A DNA stretch of 64,000 nucleotides from Eledone cirrhosa (lineage: Eukaryota), in contig OZ024740.1 in assembly GCA_964016885.1 (NCBI GenBank), forward strand, positions 20,150,001 to 20,214,000. The letters are read 5' to 3'. Positions 1 through 15,800 of this stretch are shown here, in pieces; the first letter of the stretch is position 1, and each line of letters begins with the position of its first letter. The notes under the pieces are model-generated. The model was not told the DNA's origin, ran no database searches, and saw only the letters and a list, made by a program, of their open reading frames with translations. A program made the position numbers and the translations under genes.

Positions 1-3000
1 TCCAATGTCTGATACCTAGTTCCAATGTTTGATAACCAGTTCCAATGTTTGATACCCAGTTCCAGTATCTGATACCCAGTTTCAATGTCTCATACCTAGT
101 TACAATCTCTGATACCCAGTTCCAATGTTTGATACCCAGTTCCAATGTCTGATACCCAGTTCCACTGTCTGATACCCATTCGAATGTCTGATACCCAGTT
201 CCCATGTCTGATACCCATTCGAATGTCTGATACCCAGGTCCAATGTCTGATACCTAGTTCCAATGTCTGATACCCAGTTCCAATGTCTGATACCCAGTTC
301 CAATGTTTGATACCCAGTTCCAATGTCTGATAACTAGTTCCAATGTCTGATACCCAGTTCCAATGTTTGATGCCCAGTTCCAATGTCTGATACCTGGTTC
401 CAATGTCTGATACCCAGTTCCAATATCTGATACCTGGTTCCAATGTCTTATACCCAGTTTCCAATGTCTGATAAGCAGTTCCAATGTTTGATACCCAGTT
501 CCAATGTCTGATACCCAGTTCCAATGTCTGATACCCAGTTTCAATATCTGATACCCAGTTCCAATGTCTGATACCCAGTTCCAATGTATGATACCCAGTT
601 CCAATGTCTGATACCCAGTTCCAATGTTTGATATCCAGTTCCAATGTCTGATACCCAGTTCTAATGTTTGATACACAATTCCAATGTCTGATACCCAGTT
701 CCAATGTTTGATACACAGTTCCAATGTTTGATACCCAGTTCCAATGTCTGATACCTAGTTCCAATGTTTGATACCCAGTTCCAATGTTTGATACCCAGCT
801 CCAATATCTGATACCTAGTTCCAATGTTTGCTACCCAGTTCCAATGTTTGATACCCAGTTCCAATATCTGATACGCAGTTCCAATATCTGATACCAAGTT
901 CCAATGTTTGATACCCAGGTCCAATGTCTGATACCCAGTTCCAATGTCTGATACCCAGTCCAATGTCTGATACCCATTCCAATGTCTGATACCCAGTTCC
1001 AATGTCTGATACCCAGTTCCAAAGTTTGATACCCAGTTTCAATGTTTCATACCCAGTTCCAATGTCTGATACCTAGTTCCAATGTCTGATACCCAGTTGC
1101 AATGTCTGATACCCAGTTCCAATGTCTGATACCCAGTTCCAATGTCTGATACCCAGTTCCACTGTCTGATACCCAGTTCCAATGTCTCTTACCCAGTTCC
1201 AATGTCTGATACCCATTCCAATGTTTGATACCCAGTTCCAATGTCTGATACCCAGTTCCAATGTCTGAGACCCAGTTCCAATGTCTGATACCCAGTTCCA
1301 ATGTTTGATACCCAGTTCCAATGTCTTATACCCAGTTCCAATGTCTGATACCTAGTTCCAATGTTTGATACCCAGTTCCAATGTTTGATACCCAGTTCCA
1401 ATATCTGATACCCAGTACCACTGTCTGATACCCATTCGAATGTCTGATACCAGATTCCAATGTCTGATACCCAGTTCCAATGTCTGATACCCAGTTCCAA
1501 TGTCTGATACACAGTTCCAATGTTTGATACCCAGTTCCAATGTCTGATACCTAGTTCCAATGTTTGATACCCAGTTCCAATATCTGATACCCAGTTCCAA
1601 TATCTGATACCCAGTTCCAATGTCTGATGCCCAGTTCCAATGTCTGATACCCAGTTCCAATGTCTGATACCCAGTTCCAATATCTGATACCTGGTTCCAA
1701 TGTCTGATACCCAGTTCCAATGTCTGATAACCAGTTCCAATGTTTGATACCCAGTTCCAGTATCTGATACCCAGTTCCAATGTCTCATACCTAGTTCCAA
1801 TCTCTGATACCCAGTTCCAATGTTTGATACGCAGTTCCAATGTCTGATACCCAGTTCCACTGTCTGATACCCATTCGAATGTCTGATACCAAGATCCCAT
1901 GTCTGATACCCATTCGAATGTCTGATACCCAGTTCCAGTGTCTGATACCCAGTTCCAATGTTTGACACCCAGTTCCAATGTCTGATGCCCATTCCAATGT
2001 TTGATACCCAGTTCCAATGTCTGATACCCAGTTCCAATGTTTGATACCCAGTTCCAATGTTTGATACCCAGTTCCAATGTCTGATACCCATTTCCAATGT
2101 CTGATACGCAGTTCCAATGTTTGATACCCAGTTCCAATGTCTGATACACATTCCAATGTTTGATACCCAGTTCCAATGTCTGATACCCAGTTCCAATGTC
2201 TGATACGCAGTTCCAATGTCTGATACCCAGTTCCAATGTCTGATACGCAGTTCCAATGTCTGATACCCAGTTGCAATGTCTGATACCCAGTTCCAATGTC
2301 TGATACCCAGGTCCAATGCCTGATACCCAGTTCCAATGTTTGATATCCAGTTCCAATGTTTGATACCCAGTTCCAATGTCTGATACGCAGTTCCAATGTC
2401 TGATACCCAGTTCCAATGTCTGATACCCAGTTCCAATATCTGATACCCAGTTCCAATGCCTGATACCCAGTTCCAATGTTTGATACCCAGTTCCAATGTT
2501 TGATACCCAGTTCCAATGTCTGATACCCAGTTCCAATGTCTGATACCCATTCCAATATCTGATACCCAGTTCCAATGTCTGATACCCAGTTCGAATGTCT
2601 GATACCCAGTTCCAATGTCTGATACCCAGTTCCAATGCCTGATACCCAGTTCCAATGTTTGATACCCAGTTCCAATGTTTGATACCCAGTTCCAATGTCT
2701 GATACCCAGTTCCAATGTCTGATACCCAGTTCCAATGTCTGATACCCATTCCAATATCTGATACCCAGTTCCAATGTTTGATACCCAGTTCCAATGTTTG
2801 ATACCCAGTTCCAATGTCTGATACCCAGTTCCAATGTCTGATACCCAGTTCCTATATTTGATACTCAGTTCCAATGTCTGATACCTAGTTCCAATGTCTG
2901 ATACGCAGTTCCAATGTCTGATACCCAGTTCCACTGTCTGATACCCAGTTCCAATGCCTGATACCCAGTTCCAATGTTTGATACCCAGTTCCAATGTTTG

Positions 3001-6000
3001 ATACCAAGTTCCAATGTCTGATACCCAGGTCCAATGTCTGATACCTAGTTCCAATGTCTGATACCCAGTTCCAATGTCTGATACCCAGTTCCAATGTTTG
3101 ATACCCAGTTCCAATGTCTGATAACTAGTTCCAATGTCTGATACCCAGTTCCAATGTTTGATACCCAGTTCTAATGTCTGATACGCAGTTCCAATGTTTG
3201 ATACCCAGTTCCAATGTCTGATACCCAGTTCAAATATCTGATACCCAGTTCCAATGTCTGATGCCCAGTTCCAATGTCTGATACCTGGTTCCAATGTCTG
3301 ATACCCAGTTACAATGTCTGATAAGCAGTTCCAATGTTTGATACCCAGTTCCAATGTCTGATACCCAGTTCCAATGTCTGATACCCAGTTTCAATATCTG
3401 ATACCCAGTTCCAATGTCTGATACCCAGTTCCAATGTATGATACCCAGTTCCAATGTCTGATACCCAGTTTTAATGTTTGATACACAATTCCAATGTCTG
3501 ATACCCAGTTCCAATGTTTGATACACAGTTCCAATGTTTGATACCCAGTTCCAATGTCTGATACCTAGTTCCAATGTTTGATACCCAGTTCCAATATCTG
3601 ATACCCAGTTCCAATATCTGATACCCAGTTCCAATGTCTGATACCCAGTTCCAATGTCTGATACCTAGTTCCAATGTTTGATACCAGTTCCAATGTTTGA
3701 TACCCAGTTCCAATATCTGATACCTAGTTCCAATGTTTGCTACCCAGTTCCAATGTTTGATACCCAGTTCCAATATCTGATACGCAGTTCCAATATCTGA
3801 TACCCAGTTCCAATGTTTGATACCCAGGTCCAATGTCTGATACCCAGTTCCAATGTCTGATACCCAGTTCCAATGTCTGATACCCATTCCAATGTCTGAT
3901 ACCCAGTTCCAATGTCTGATACCCAGTTCCAAAGTTTGATACCGAGTTCCAATGTTTGATACCCAGTTCCAATGTCTCATACCTAGTTCCAATGTCTGAT
4001 ACCCAGTTGCAATGTCTGATACCCAGTTCCAATGTCTGATACCCAGTTCCTATGTCTGATACCCAGTTCCACTGTCTGATACCCAGTTCCAATGTCTGAT
4101 ACCCAGTTCCAATGTCTGATACCCATTCCAATGTCTGATACCCAGTTCCATATCTTATACCCAGTTCCAATGTCTGAGACCCAGTTCCAATGTTTGATAC
4201 CCAGTTCCAATGTTTGATACCCAGTTCCAATATCTGATACCCAGTACCACTGTCTGATACCCATTCGAATGTCTGATACCCAGTTCCAATGTCTGATACC
4301 CAGTTCCAATGTCTGATACCCAGTTCCAATGTCTGATACACAGTTCCAATGTTTGATACCCAGTTCCAATGTCTGATACCTAGTTGCAATGTTTGATACC
4401 CAGTTCCAATATCTGATACCCAGTTCCTATATCTGATACCCAATTCCAATGTCTGATACCCAGTTCCAATGTCTGATACTCAGTTCCAATATCTGATACC
4501 CAGTTCCAATGTATGATACATAGTTCCAATATCTGATACCCAGTTCCAATGTCTGATACCCAGTTCCAATGTCTGATACCCAGTTCCAATGTCTGATACC
4601 CAGTTCCAATGTCTGATACCCAGTTCCAAAGTTTGATACCCAGTTCCAATGTTTCATACCCAGTTCCAATGTCTGATACCTAGTTCCAATGTCTGATACC
4701 CAGTTGCAATGTCTGATACCCAGTTCCAATGTCTGATACCCAGTTCCAATGTCTGATACCCAGTTCCACTGTCTGATACCCAGTTCCAATGTCTCTTACC
4801 CAGTTCCAATGTCTGATACCCATTCCAATGTCTGATACCCAGTTCCAATGTCTGATACCCAGTTCCAATGTCTGAGACCCAGTTCCAATGTCTGATACCC
4901 AGTTCCAATGTTTGATACCCAGTTCCAATGTCTTATACCCAGTTCCAATGTCTGATACCTAGTTCCAATGTTTGATACCCAGTTCCAATGTTTGATACCC
5001 AGTTCCAATATCTGATACCCAGTACCACTGTCTGATACCCATTCGAATGTCTGATACCAGATTCCAATGTCTGATACCCAGTTCCAATGTCTGATACCCA
5101 GTTCCAATGTCTGATACACAGTTCCAATGTTTGATACCCAGTTCCAATGTCTGATACCTAGTTCCAATGTTTGATACCCAGTTCCAATATCTGATACCCA
5201 GTTCCAATATCTGATACCCAGTTCCAATGTCTGATGCCCAGTTCCAATGTCTGATACCCAGTTCCAATGTCTGATACCCAGTTCCAATATCTGATACCTG
5301 GTTCCAATGTCTGATACCCAGTTCCAATGTCTGATACGCAGTTCCAATATTTCATACCCAGTTCCAATGTCTGATACCCAGTTCCAATGTCTGATACCCA
5401 GTTCCAATATCTGATACCCAGTTCCAATGTCTGATACCCAGTTCCAATGTATGATACCCAGTTCCAATGTCTGATACCCAGTTCCAATGTCTGATACCTA
5501 GTTCCAATGTTTGATACCCAGTTCCAATGTTTGATACCCAGTTCCAATATCTGATACCCAGTTCCAATGTCTGATACCCAGTTCCAATGTCTGATACCTA
5601 GTTCCAATGTTTGATACCCAGTTCCAATGTTTGATACCCAGTTCCAATATCTGATACCCAGTTCCAATGTCTGATACCCAGTTCCAATGTCTGATACCTA
5701 GTTCCAATGTTTGATAACCAGTTCCAATGTTTGATACGCAGTTCCAATGTCTGATACCCAGTTCCACTGTCTGATACCCATTCGAATGTCTGATACCCAG
5801 ATCCCATGTCTGATACCCATTCGAATGTCTGATACCCAGTTCCAGTGTCTGATACCCAGTTCCAATATTTGATACCCAGTTCCAATGTTTGATACCCAGT
5901 TCCAATGTCTGATACCCATTTCCAATGTCTGATACGCAGTTCCAATGTTTGATACCCAGTTCCAATGTCTGATACACATTCCAATGTTTGATACCCAGTT

Positions 6001-8454
6001 CCAATGTCTGATACCCAGTTCCAATGTCTGATACGCAGTTCCAAAGTCTGATACCCAGTTCCAATGTCTGATACGCAGTTCCAATGTCTGATACCCAGTT
6101 GCAATGTCTGATACCCAGTTCCAATGTCTGATACCCAGGTCCAATGCCTGATACCCAGTTCCAATGTTTGATATCCAGTTCCAATGTTTGATACCCAGTT
6201 CCAATGTCTGATACGCAGTTCCAATGTCTGATACCCAGTTCCAATGTCTGATACCCAGTTCCAATATCTGATACCCAGTTCCAATGCCTGATACCCAGTT
6301 CCAATGTTTGATACCCAGTTCCAATGTTTGATACCCAGTTCCAATGTCTGATACCCAGTTACAATGTCTGATACCCATTCCAATATCTGATACCCAGTTC
6401 CAATGTCTGATACCCAGTTCCAATGTCTGATACCCAGTTCCAATGTCTGATACCCAGTTCCAATGCCTGATACCCAGTTCCAATGTTTGATACCCAGTTC
6501 CAATGTTTGATACCCAGTTCCAATGTCTGATACCCAGTTCCAATGTCTGATACCCATTCCAATATCTGATACCCAGTTCCAATGTTTGATACCCAGTTCC
6601 AATGTTTGATACCCAGTTCCAATGTCTGATACCCAGTTCCAATGTCTGATACCCAGTTCCTATATTTGATACTCAGTTCCAATGTCTGATACCTAGTTCC
6701 AATGTCTGATACGCAGTTCCAATGTCTGATACCCAGTTCCACTGTCTGATACCCAGTTCCAATGCCTGATACCCAGTTCCAATGTTTGATACCCAGTTCC
6801 AATGTTTGATACCAAGTTCCAATGTCTGATACCCAGGTCCAATGTCTGATACCTAGTTCCAATGTCTGATACCCAGTTCCAATGTCTGATACCCAGTTCC
6901 AATGTTTGATACCCAGTTCCAATGTCTGATAACTAGTTCCAATGTCTGATACCCAGTTCCAATGTTTGATACCCAGTTCTAATGTCTGATACGCAGTTCC
7001 AATGTTTGATACCCAGTTCCAATGTCTGATACCCAGTTCAAATATCTGATACCCAGTTCCAATGTCTGATGCCCAGTTCCAATGTCTGATACCTGGTTCC
7101 AATGTCTGATACCCAGTTACAATGTCTGATAAGCAGTTCCAATGTTTGATACCCAGTTCCAATGTCTGATACCCAGTTCCAATGTCTGATACCCAGTTTC
7201 AATATCTGATACCCAGTTCCAATGTCTGATACCCAGTTCCAATGTATGATACCCAGTTCCAATGTCTGAGACCCAGTTCCAATGTCTGATACCCAGTTCC
7301 AATGTTTGATACCCAGTTCCAATGTCTTATACCCAGTTCCAATGTCTGATACCTAGTTCCAATGTTTGATACCCAGTTCCAATGTTTGATACCCAGTTCC
7401 AATATCTGATACCCAGTACCACTGTCTGATACCCATTCGAATGTCTGATACCAGATTCCAATGTCTGATACCCAGTTCCAATGTCTGATACCCAGTTCCA
7501 ATGTCTGATACACAGTTCCAATGTTTGATACCCAGTTCCAATGTCTGATACCTAGTTCCAATGTTTGATACCCAGTTCCAATATCTGATACCCAGTTCCA
7601 ATATCTGATACCCAGTTCCAATGTCTGATGCCCAGTTCCAATGTCTGATACCCAGTTCCAATGTCTGATACCCAGTTCCAATATCTGATACCTGGTTCCA
7701 ATGTCTGATACCCAGTTCCAATGTCTGATAACCAGTTCCAAAGTTTGATACCGAGTTCCAATGTTTGATACCCAGTTCCAATGTCTCATACCTAGTTCCA
7801 ATGTCTGATACCCAGTTGCAATGTCTGATACCCAGTTCCAATGTCTGATACCCAGTTCCTATGTCTGATACCCAGTTCCACTGTCTGATACCCAGTTCCA
7901 ATGTCTGATACCCAGTTCCAATGTCTGATACCCATTCCAATGTCTGATACCCAGTTCCAATATCTGATACCCAGTTCCAATGTCTGAGACCCAGTTCCAA
8001 TGTTTGATACCCAGTTCCAATGTTTGATACCCAGTTCCAATATCTGATTCCCAGTACCACTGTCTGATACCCATTCGAATGTCTGATACCCAGTTCCAAT
8101 GTCTGATACCCAGTTCCAATGTCTGATACCCAGTTCCAATGTCTGATACACAGTTCCAATGTTTGATACCCAGTTCCAATGTCTGATACCTAGTTGCAAT
8201 GTTTGATACCCAGTTCCAATATCTGATACCCAGTTCCAATATCTGATACCCAGTTCCAATGTCTGATACCCAGTTCCAATATCTGCTACCCAGTTCCAAT
8301 GTCTGATACCCAGTTCCAATGTATGATACCCAGTTCCAATGTCTGATACCCAGTTCCAATGTCTGATACCTAGTTCCAATGTTTGATACCCAGTTCCAAT
8401 GTTTGATACCCAGTTCCAATATCTGATACCCAGTTCCAATGTCTGATACCCAGT

Positions 8455-11400
8455 TCCAATGTCTGATACCTAGTTCCAATGTTTGATAACCAGTTCCAAT
8501 GTTTGATACCCAGTTCCAGTATCTGATACCCAGTTTCAATGTCTCATACCTAGTTACAATCTCTGATACCCAGTTCCAATGTTTGATACCCAGTTCCAAT
8601 GTCTGATACCCAGTTCCACTGTCTGATACCCATTCGAATGTCTGATACCCAGTTCCCATGTCTGATACCCATTCGAATGTCTGATACCCAGGTCCAATGT
8701 CTGATACCTAGTTCCAATGTCTGATACCCAGTTCCAATGTCTGATACCCAGTTCCAATGTTTGATACCCAGTTCCAATGTCTGATAACTAGTTCCAATGT
8801 CTGATACCCAGTTCCAATGTTTGATGCCCAGTTCCAATGTCTGATACCTGGTTCCAATGTCTGATACCCAGTTCCAATATCTGATACCTGGTTCCAATGT
8901 CTTATACCCAGTTTCCAATGTCTGATAAGCAGTTCCAATGTTTGATACCCAGTTCCAATGTCTGATACCCAGTTCCAATGTCTGATACCCAGTTTCAATA
9001 TCTGATACCCAGTTCCAATGTCTGATACCCAGTTCCAATGTATGATACCCAGTTCCAATGTCTGATACCCAGTTCCAATGTTTGATATCCAGTTCCAATG
9101 TCTGATACCCAGTTCTAATGTTTGATACACAATTCCAATGTCTGATACCCAGTTCCAATGTTTGATACACAGTTCCAATGTTTGATACCCAGTTCCAATG
9201 TCTGATACCTAGTTCCAATGTTTGATACCCAGTTCCAATGTTTGATACCCAGCTCCAATATCTGATACCTAGTTCCAATGTTTGCTACCCAGTTCCAATG
9301 TTTGATACCCAGTTCCAATATCTGATACGCAGTTCCAATATCTGATACCAAGTTCCAATGTTTGATACCCAGGTCCAATGTCTGATACCCAGTTCCAATG
9401 TCTGATACCCAGTCCAATGTCTGATACCCATTCCAATGTCTGATACCCAGTTCCAATGTCTGATACCCAGTTCCAAAGTTTGATACCCAGTTTCAATGTT
9501 TCATACCCAGTTCCAATGTCTGATACCTAGTTCCAATGTCTGATACCCAGTTGCAATGTCTGATACCCAGTTCCAATGTCTGATACCCAGTTCCAATGTC
9601 TGATACCCAGTTCCACTGTCTGATACCCAGTTCCAATGTCTCTTACCCAGTTCCAATGTCTGATACCCATTCCAATGTCTGATACCCAGTTCCAATGTCT
9701 GATACCCAGTTCCAATGTCTGAGACCCAGTTCCAATGTCTGATACCCAGTTCCAATGTTTGATACCCAGTTCCAATGTCTTATACCCAGTTCCAATGTCT
9801 GATACCTAGTTCCAATGTTTGATACCCAGTTCCAATGTTTGATACCCAGTTCCAATATCTGATACCCAGTACCACTGTCTGATACCCATTCGAATGTCTG
9901 ATACCAGATTCCAATGTCTGATACCCAGTTCCAATGTCTGATACCCAGTTCCAATGTCTGATACACAGTTCCAATGTTTGATACCCAGTTCCAATGTCTG
10001 ATACCTAGTTCCAATGTTTGATACCCAGTTCCAATATCTGATACCCAGTTCCAATATCTGATACCCAGTTCCAATGTCTGATGCCCAGTTCCAATGTCTG
10101 ATACCCAGTTCCAATGTCTGATACCCAGTTCCAATATCTGATACCTGGTTCCAATGTCTGATACCCAGTTCCAATGTCTGATAACCAGTTCCAATGTTTG
10201 ATACCCAGTTCCAGTATCTGATACCCAGTTCCAATGTCTCATACCTAGTTCCAATCTCTGATACCCAGTTCCAATGTTTGATACGCAGTTCCAATGTCTG
10301 ATACCCAGTTCCACTGTCTGATACCCATTCGAATGTCTGATACCCAGATCCCATGTCTGATACCCATTCGAATGTCTGATACCCAGTTCCAGTGTCTGAT
10401 ACCCAGTTCCAATGTTTGACACCCAGTTCCAATGTCTGATGCCCATTCCAATGTTTGATACCCAGTTCCAATGTCTGATACCCAGTTCCAATGTTTGATA
10501 CCCAGTTCCAATGTTTGATACCCAGTTCCAATGTCTGATACCCATTTCCAATGTCTGATACGCAGTTCCAATGTTTGATACCCAGTTCCAATGTCTGATA
10601 CACATTCCAATGTTTGATACCCAGTTCCAATGTCTGATACCCAGTTCCAATGTCTGATACGCAGTTCCAATGTCTGATACCCAGTTCCAATGTCTGATAC
10701 GCAGTTCCAATGTCTGATACCCAGTTGCAATGTCTGATACCCAGTTCCAATGTCTGATACCCAGGTCCAATGCCTGATACCCAGTTCCAATGTTTGATAT
10801 CCAGTTCCAATGTTTGATACCCAGTTCCAATGTCTGATACGCAGTTCCAATGTCTGATACCCAGTTCCAATGTCTGATACCCAGTTCCAATATCTGATAC
10901 CCAGTTCCAATGCCTGATACCCAGTTCCAATGTTTGATACCCAGTTCCAATGTTTGATACCCAGTTCCAATGTCTGATACCCAGTTCCAATGTCTGATAC
11001 CCATTCCAATATCTGATACCCAGTTCCAATGTCTGATACCCAGTTCGAATGTCTGATACCCAGTTCCAATGTCTGATACCCAGTTCCAATGCCTGATACC
11101 CAGTTCCAATGTTTGATACCCAGTTCCAATGTTTGATACCCAGTTCCAATGTCTGATACCCAGTTCCAATGTCTGATACCCAGTTCCAATGTCTGATACC
11201 CATTCCAATATCTGATACCCAGTTCCAATGTTTGATACCCAGTTCCAATGTTTGATACCCAGTTCCAATGTCTGATACCCAGTTCCAATGTCTGATACCC
11301 AGTTCCTATATTTGATACTCAGTTCCAATGTCTGATACCTAGTTCCAATGTCTGATACGCAGTTCCAATGTCTGATACCCAGTTCCACTGTCTGATACCC

Positions 11401-12881
11401 AGTTCCAATGCCTGATACCCAGTTCCAATGTTTGATACCCAGTTCCAATGTTTGATACCAAGTTCCAATGTCTGATACCCAGGTCCAATGTCTGATACCT
11501 AGTTCCAATGTCTGATACCCAGTTCCAATGTCTGATACCCAGTTCCAATGTTTGATACCCAGTTCCAATGTCTGATAACTAGTTCCAATGTCTGATACCC
11601 AGTTCCAATGTTTGATACCCAGTTCTAATGTCTGATACGCAGTTCCAATGTTTGATACCCAGTTCCAATGTCTGATACCCAGTTCAAATATCTGATACCC
11701 AGTTCCAATGTCTGATGCCCAGTTCCAATGTCTGATACCTGGTTCCAATGTCTGATACCCAGTTACAATGTCTGATAAGCAGTTCCAATGTTTGATACCC
11801 AGTTCCAATGTCTGATACCCAGTTCCAATGTCTGATACCCAGTTTCAATATCTGATACCCAGTTCCAATGTCTGATACCCAGTTCCAATGTATGATACCC
11901 AGTTCCAATGTCTGATACCCAGTTTTAATGTTTGATACACAATTCCAATGTCTGATACCCAGTTCCAATGTTTGATACACAGTTCCAATGTTTGATACCC
12001 AGTTCCAATGTCTGATACCTAGTTCCAATGTTTGATACCCAGTTCCAATATCTGATACCCAGTTCCAATATCTGATACCCAGTTCCAATGTCTGATACCC
12101 AGTTCCAATGTCTGATACCTAGTTCCAATGTTTGATACCAGTTCCAATGTTTGATACCCAGTTCCAATATCTGATACCTAGTTCCAATGTTTGCTACCCA
12201 GTTCCAATGTTTGATACCCAGTTCCAATATCTGATACGCAGTTCCAATATCTGATACCCAGTTCCAATGTTTGATACCCAGGTCCAATGTCTGATACCCA
12301 GTTCCAATGTCTGATACCCAGTTCCAATGTCTGATACCCATTCCAATGTCTGATACCCAGTTCCAATGTCTGATACCCAGTTCCAAAGTTTGATACCGAG
12401 TTCCAATGTTTGATACCCAGTTCCAATGTCTCATACCTAGTTCCAATGTCTGATACCCAGTTGCAATGTCTGATACCCAGTTCCAATGTCTGATACCCAG
12501 TTCCTATGTCTGATACCCAGTTCCACTGTCTGATACCCAGTTCCAATGTCTGATACCCAGTTCCAATGTCTGATACCCATTCCAATGTCTGATACCCAGT
12601 TCCATATCTTATACCCAGTTCCAATGTCTGAGACCCAGTTCCAATGTTTGATACCCAGTTCCAATGTTTGATACCCAGTTCCAATATCTGATACCCAGTA
12701 CCACTGTCTGATACCCATTCGAATGTCTGATACCCAGTTCCAATGTCTGATACCCAGTTCCAATGTCTGATACCCAGTTCCAATGTCTGATACACAGTTC
12801 CAATGTTTGATACCCAGTTCCAATGTCTGATACCTAGTTGCAATGTTTGATACCCAGTTCCAATATCTGATACCCAGTTCC
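8455..12881. repeat. Higher-order duplicate of satellite block 1-4427 (offset 8454 bp)
   Basis: Same order of variant monomers. ORF-track pairs recur at +8454 (96/8550, 1189/9643, 3230/11684). Confidence 0.95.
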
Positions 12882-15800
12882 AATATCTGATACCCAGTTC
12901 CAATGTCTGATACCCAGTTCCAATATCTGCTACCCAGTTCCAATGTCTGATACCCAGTTCCAATGTATGATACCCAGTTCCAATGTCTGATACCCAGTTC
13001 CAATGTCTGATACCTAGTTCCAATGTTTGATACCCAGTTCCAATGTTTGATACCCAGTTCCAATATCTGATACCCAGTTCCAATGTCTGATACCCAGTTC
13101 CAATGTCTGATACCTAGTTCCAATGTTTGATAACCAGTTCCAATGTTTGATACCCAGTTCCAGTATCTGATACCCAGTTTCAATGTCTCATACCTAGTTA
13201 CAATCTCTGATACCCAGTTCCAATGTTTGATACCCAGTTCCAATGTCTGATACCCAGTTCCACTGTCTGATACCCATTCGAATGTCTGATACCCAGTTCC
13301 CATGTCTGATACCCATTCGAATGTCTGATACCCAGTTCCAGTGTCTGATACCCAGTTCCAATGTTTGACACCCAGTTCCAATGTCTGATGCCCATTCCAA
13401 TGTTTGATACCCAGTTCCAATATCTGATACCCAGTTCCAATATCTGATACCCAGTTCCAATGTCTGATGCCCAGTTCCAATGTCTGATACCCAGTTCCAA
13501 TGTCTGATACCCAGTTCCAATATCTGATACCTGGTTCCAATGTCTGATACCCAGTTCCAGTGTCTGATACACAGTTCCAATGTTTGATACCCAGTTCCAA
13601 TGTCTGATACCTAGTTCCAATGTTTGATACCCAGTTCCAATATCTGATACCCAGTTCCAATATCTGATACCCAGTTCCAATGTCTGATGCCCAGTTCCAA
13701 TGTCTGATACCCAGTTCCAATGTCTGATACCCAGTTCCAATATCTGATACCTGGTTCCAATGTCTGATACCCAGTTCCAATGTCTGATACGCAGTTCCAA
13801 TGTTTCATACCCAGTTCCAATGTCTGATACCCAGTTCCAATGTCTGATACCCAGTTCCAATATCTGATACCCAGTTCCAATGTCTGATACCCAGTTCCAA
13901 TGTATGATACCCAGTTCCAATGTCTGATACCCAGTTCCAATGTCTGATACCTAGTTCCAATGTTTGATACCCAGTTCCAATGTTTGATACCCAGTTCCAA
14001 TATCTGATACCCAGTTCCAATGTCTGATACCCAGTTCCAATGTCTGATACCTAGTTCCAATGTTTGATAACCAGTTCCAATGTTTGATACCCAGTTCCAG
14101 TATCTGATACCCAGTTCCAATGTCTCATACCTAGTTCCAATCTCTGATACCCAGTTCCAATGTTTGATACGCAGTTCCAATGTCTGATACCCAGTTCCAC
14201 TGTCTGATACCCATTCGAATGTCTGATACCCAGATCCCATGTCTGATACCCATTCGAATGTCTGATACCCATTTCCAATGTCTGATACGCAGTTCCAATG
14301 TTTGATACCCAGTTCCAATGTCTGATACCCATTCCAATGTTTGATACCCAGTTCCAATGACTGATACCCAGTTCCAATGTCTGATACGCAGTTCCAATGT
14401 CTGATACCCAGTTCCAATGTCTGATACGCAGTTCCAATGTCTGATACCCAGTTGCAATGTCTGATACCCAGTTCCAATGTCTGATACCCAGTTCCAATGC
14501 CTGATACCCAGTTCCAATGTTTGATATCCAGTTCCAATGTTTGATACCCAGTTCCAATGACTGATACGCAGTTCCAATGTCTGATACCCAGTTCCAATGT
14601 CTGATACCCAGTTCCAATATCTGATACCCAGTTCCAATGCCTGATACCCAGTTCCAATGTTTGATACCCAGTTCCAATGTTTGATACCCAGTTCCAATGT
14701 CTGATACCTAGTTCCAATGTGTGATACCTAGTTCCAATGTCTGATACCCAGTTCCAATGTTTGATAACCAGTTCCAATATCTGATACACAGTTCAAATGT
14801 CTGATGCCCAGTTCCAATGTTTGATACCCAGTTCCAATGTCTGATACCCAGTTCCAATGTTTGATACCCAGTTCCAATGTTTGATACCCAGTTCCAATAT
14901 CTGATACCCAGTTCAAATGTCTGATGCCCAGTTCCAATGTCAGATACCCAGTTCCAATGTCTGATACTCAGTTCCAATGTCTGATACCCAGTTCCAATAT
15001 CTGATACCCAGTTCCAATATCTGATACCCAGTTCCAATGTATGATACCCAATTCCAAAATCTGATACCCAGTTCCAATGTCTGATACCCAGTTCCAATAT
15101 CTGATACCTAGTTCCAATGTCTGATACCCAGTTCCTATATCTGATACCCAGTTCCAATATCTGATACCCAGTTCCAATATCTGATACCCAGTTCCAATGT
15201 CTTATACCCAATTCCAATGTCTGATACCCAGTTCCAATGTCTGATCCCCAGTTCCAATGTCTGATACCCAGTTCCAATGTTTGATACCCAGTTCCAATGT
15301 CTGATACCCAGTTCGAATGTGTGATACCCAGTTCCAATGTCTGATACCCAGTTCCAATGTGTGATACCCAGTTCCAATGTCTGATACCCAGTTCCAATGT
15401 CTGATACCCAGTTCCAATGTCTGATACCCATTCCAATGTCTGATACCCAGTTCCATATCTTATACCCAGTTCCAATGTCTGAGACCCAGTTCCAATGTTT
15501 GATACCCAGTTCCAATGTTTGATACCCAGTTCCAATATCTGATACCCAGTACCACTGTCTGATACCCATTCGAATGTCTGATACCCAGTTCCAATGTCTG
15601 ATACCCAGTTCCAATGTCTGATACCCAGTTCCAATGTCTGATACACAGTTCCAATGTTTGATACCCAGTTCCAATGTCTGATACCTAGTTGCAATGTTTG
15701 ATACCCAGTTCCAATATCTGATACCCAGTTCCAATATCTGATACCCAGTTCCAATGTCTGATACCCAGTTCCAATATCTGCTACCCAGTTCCAATGTCTG

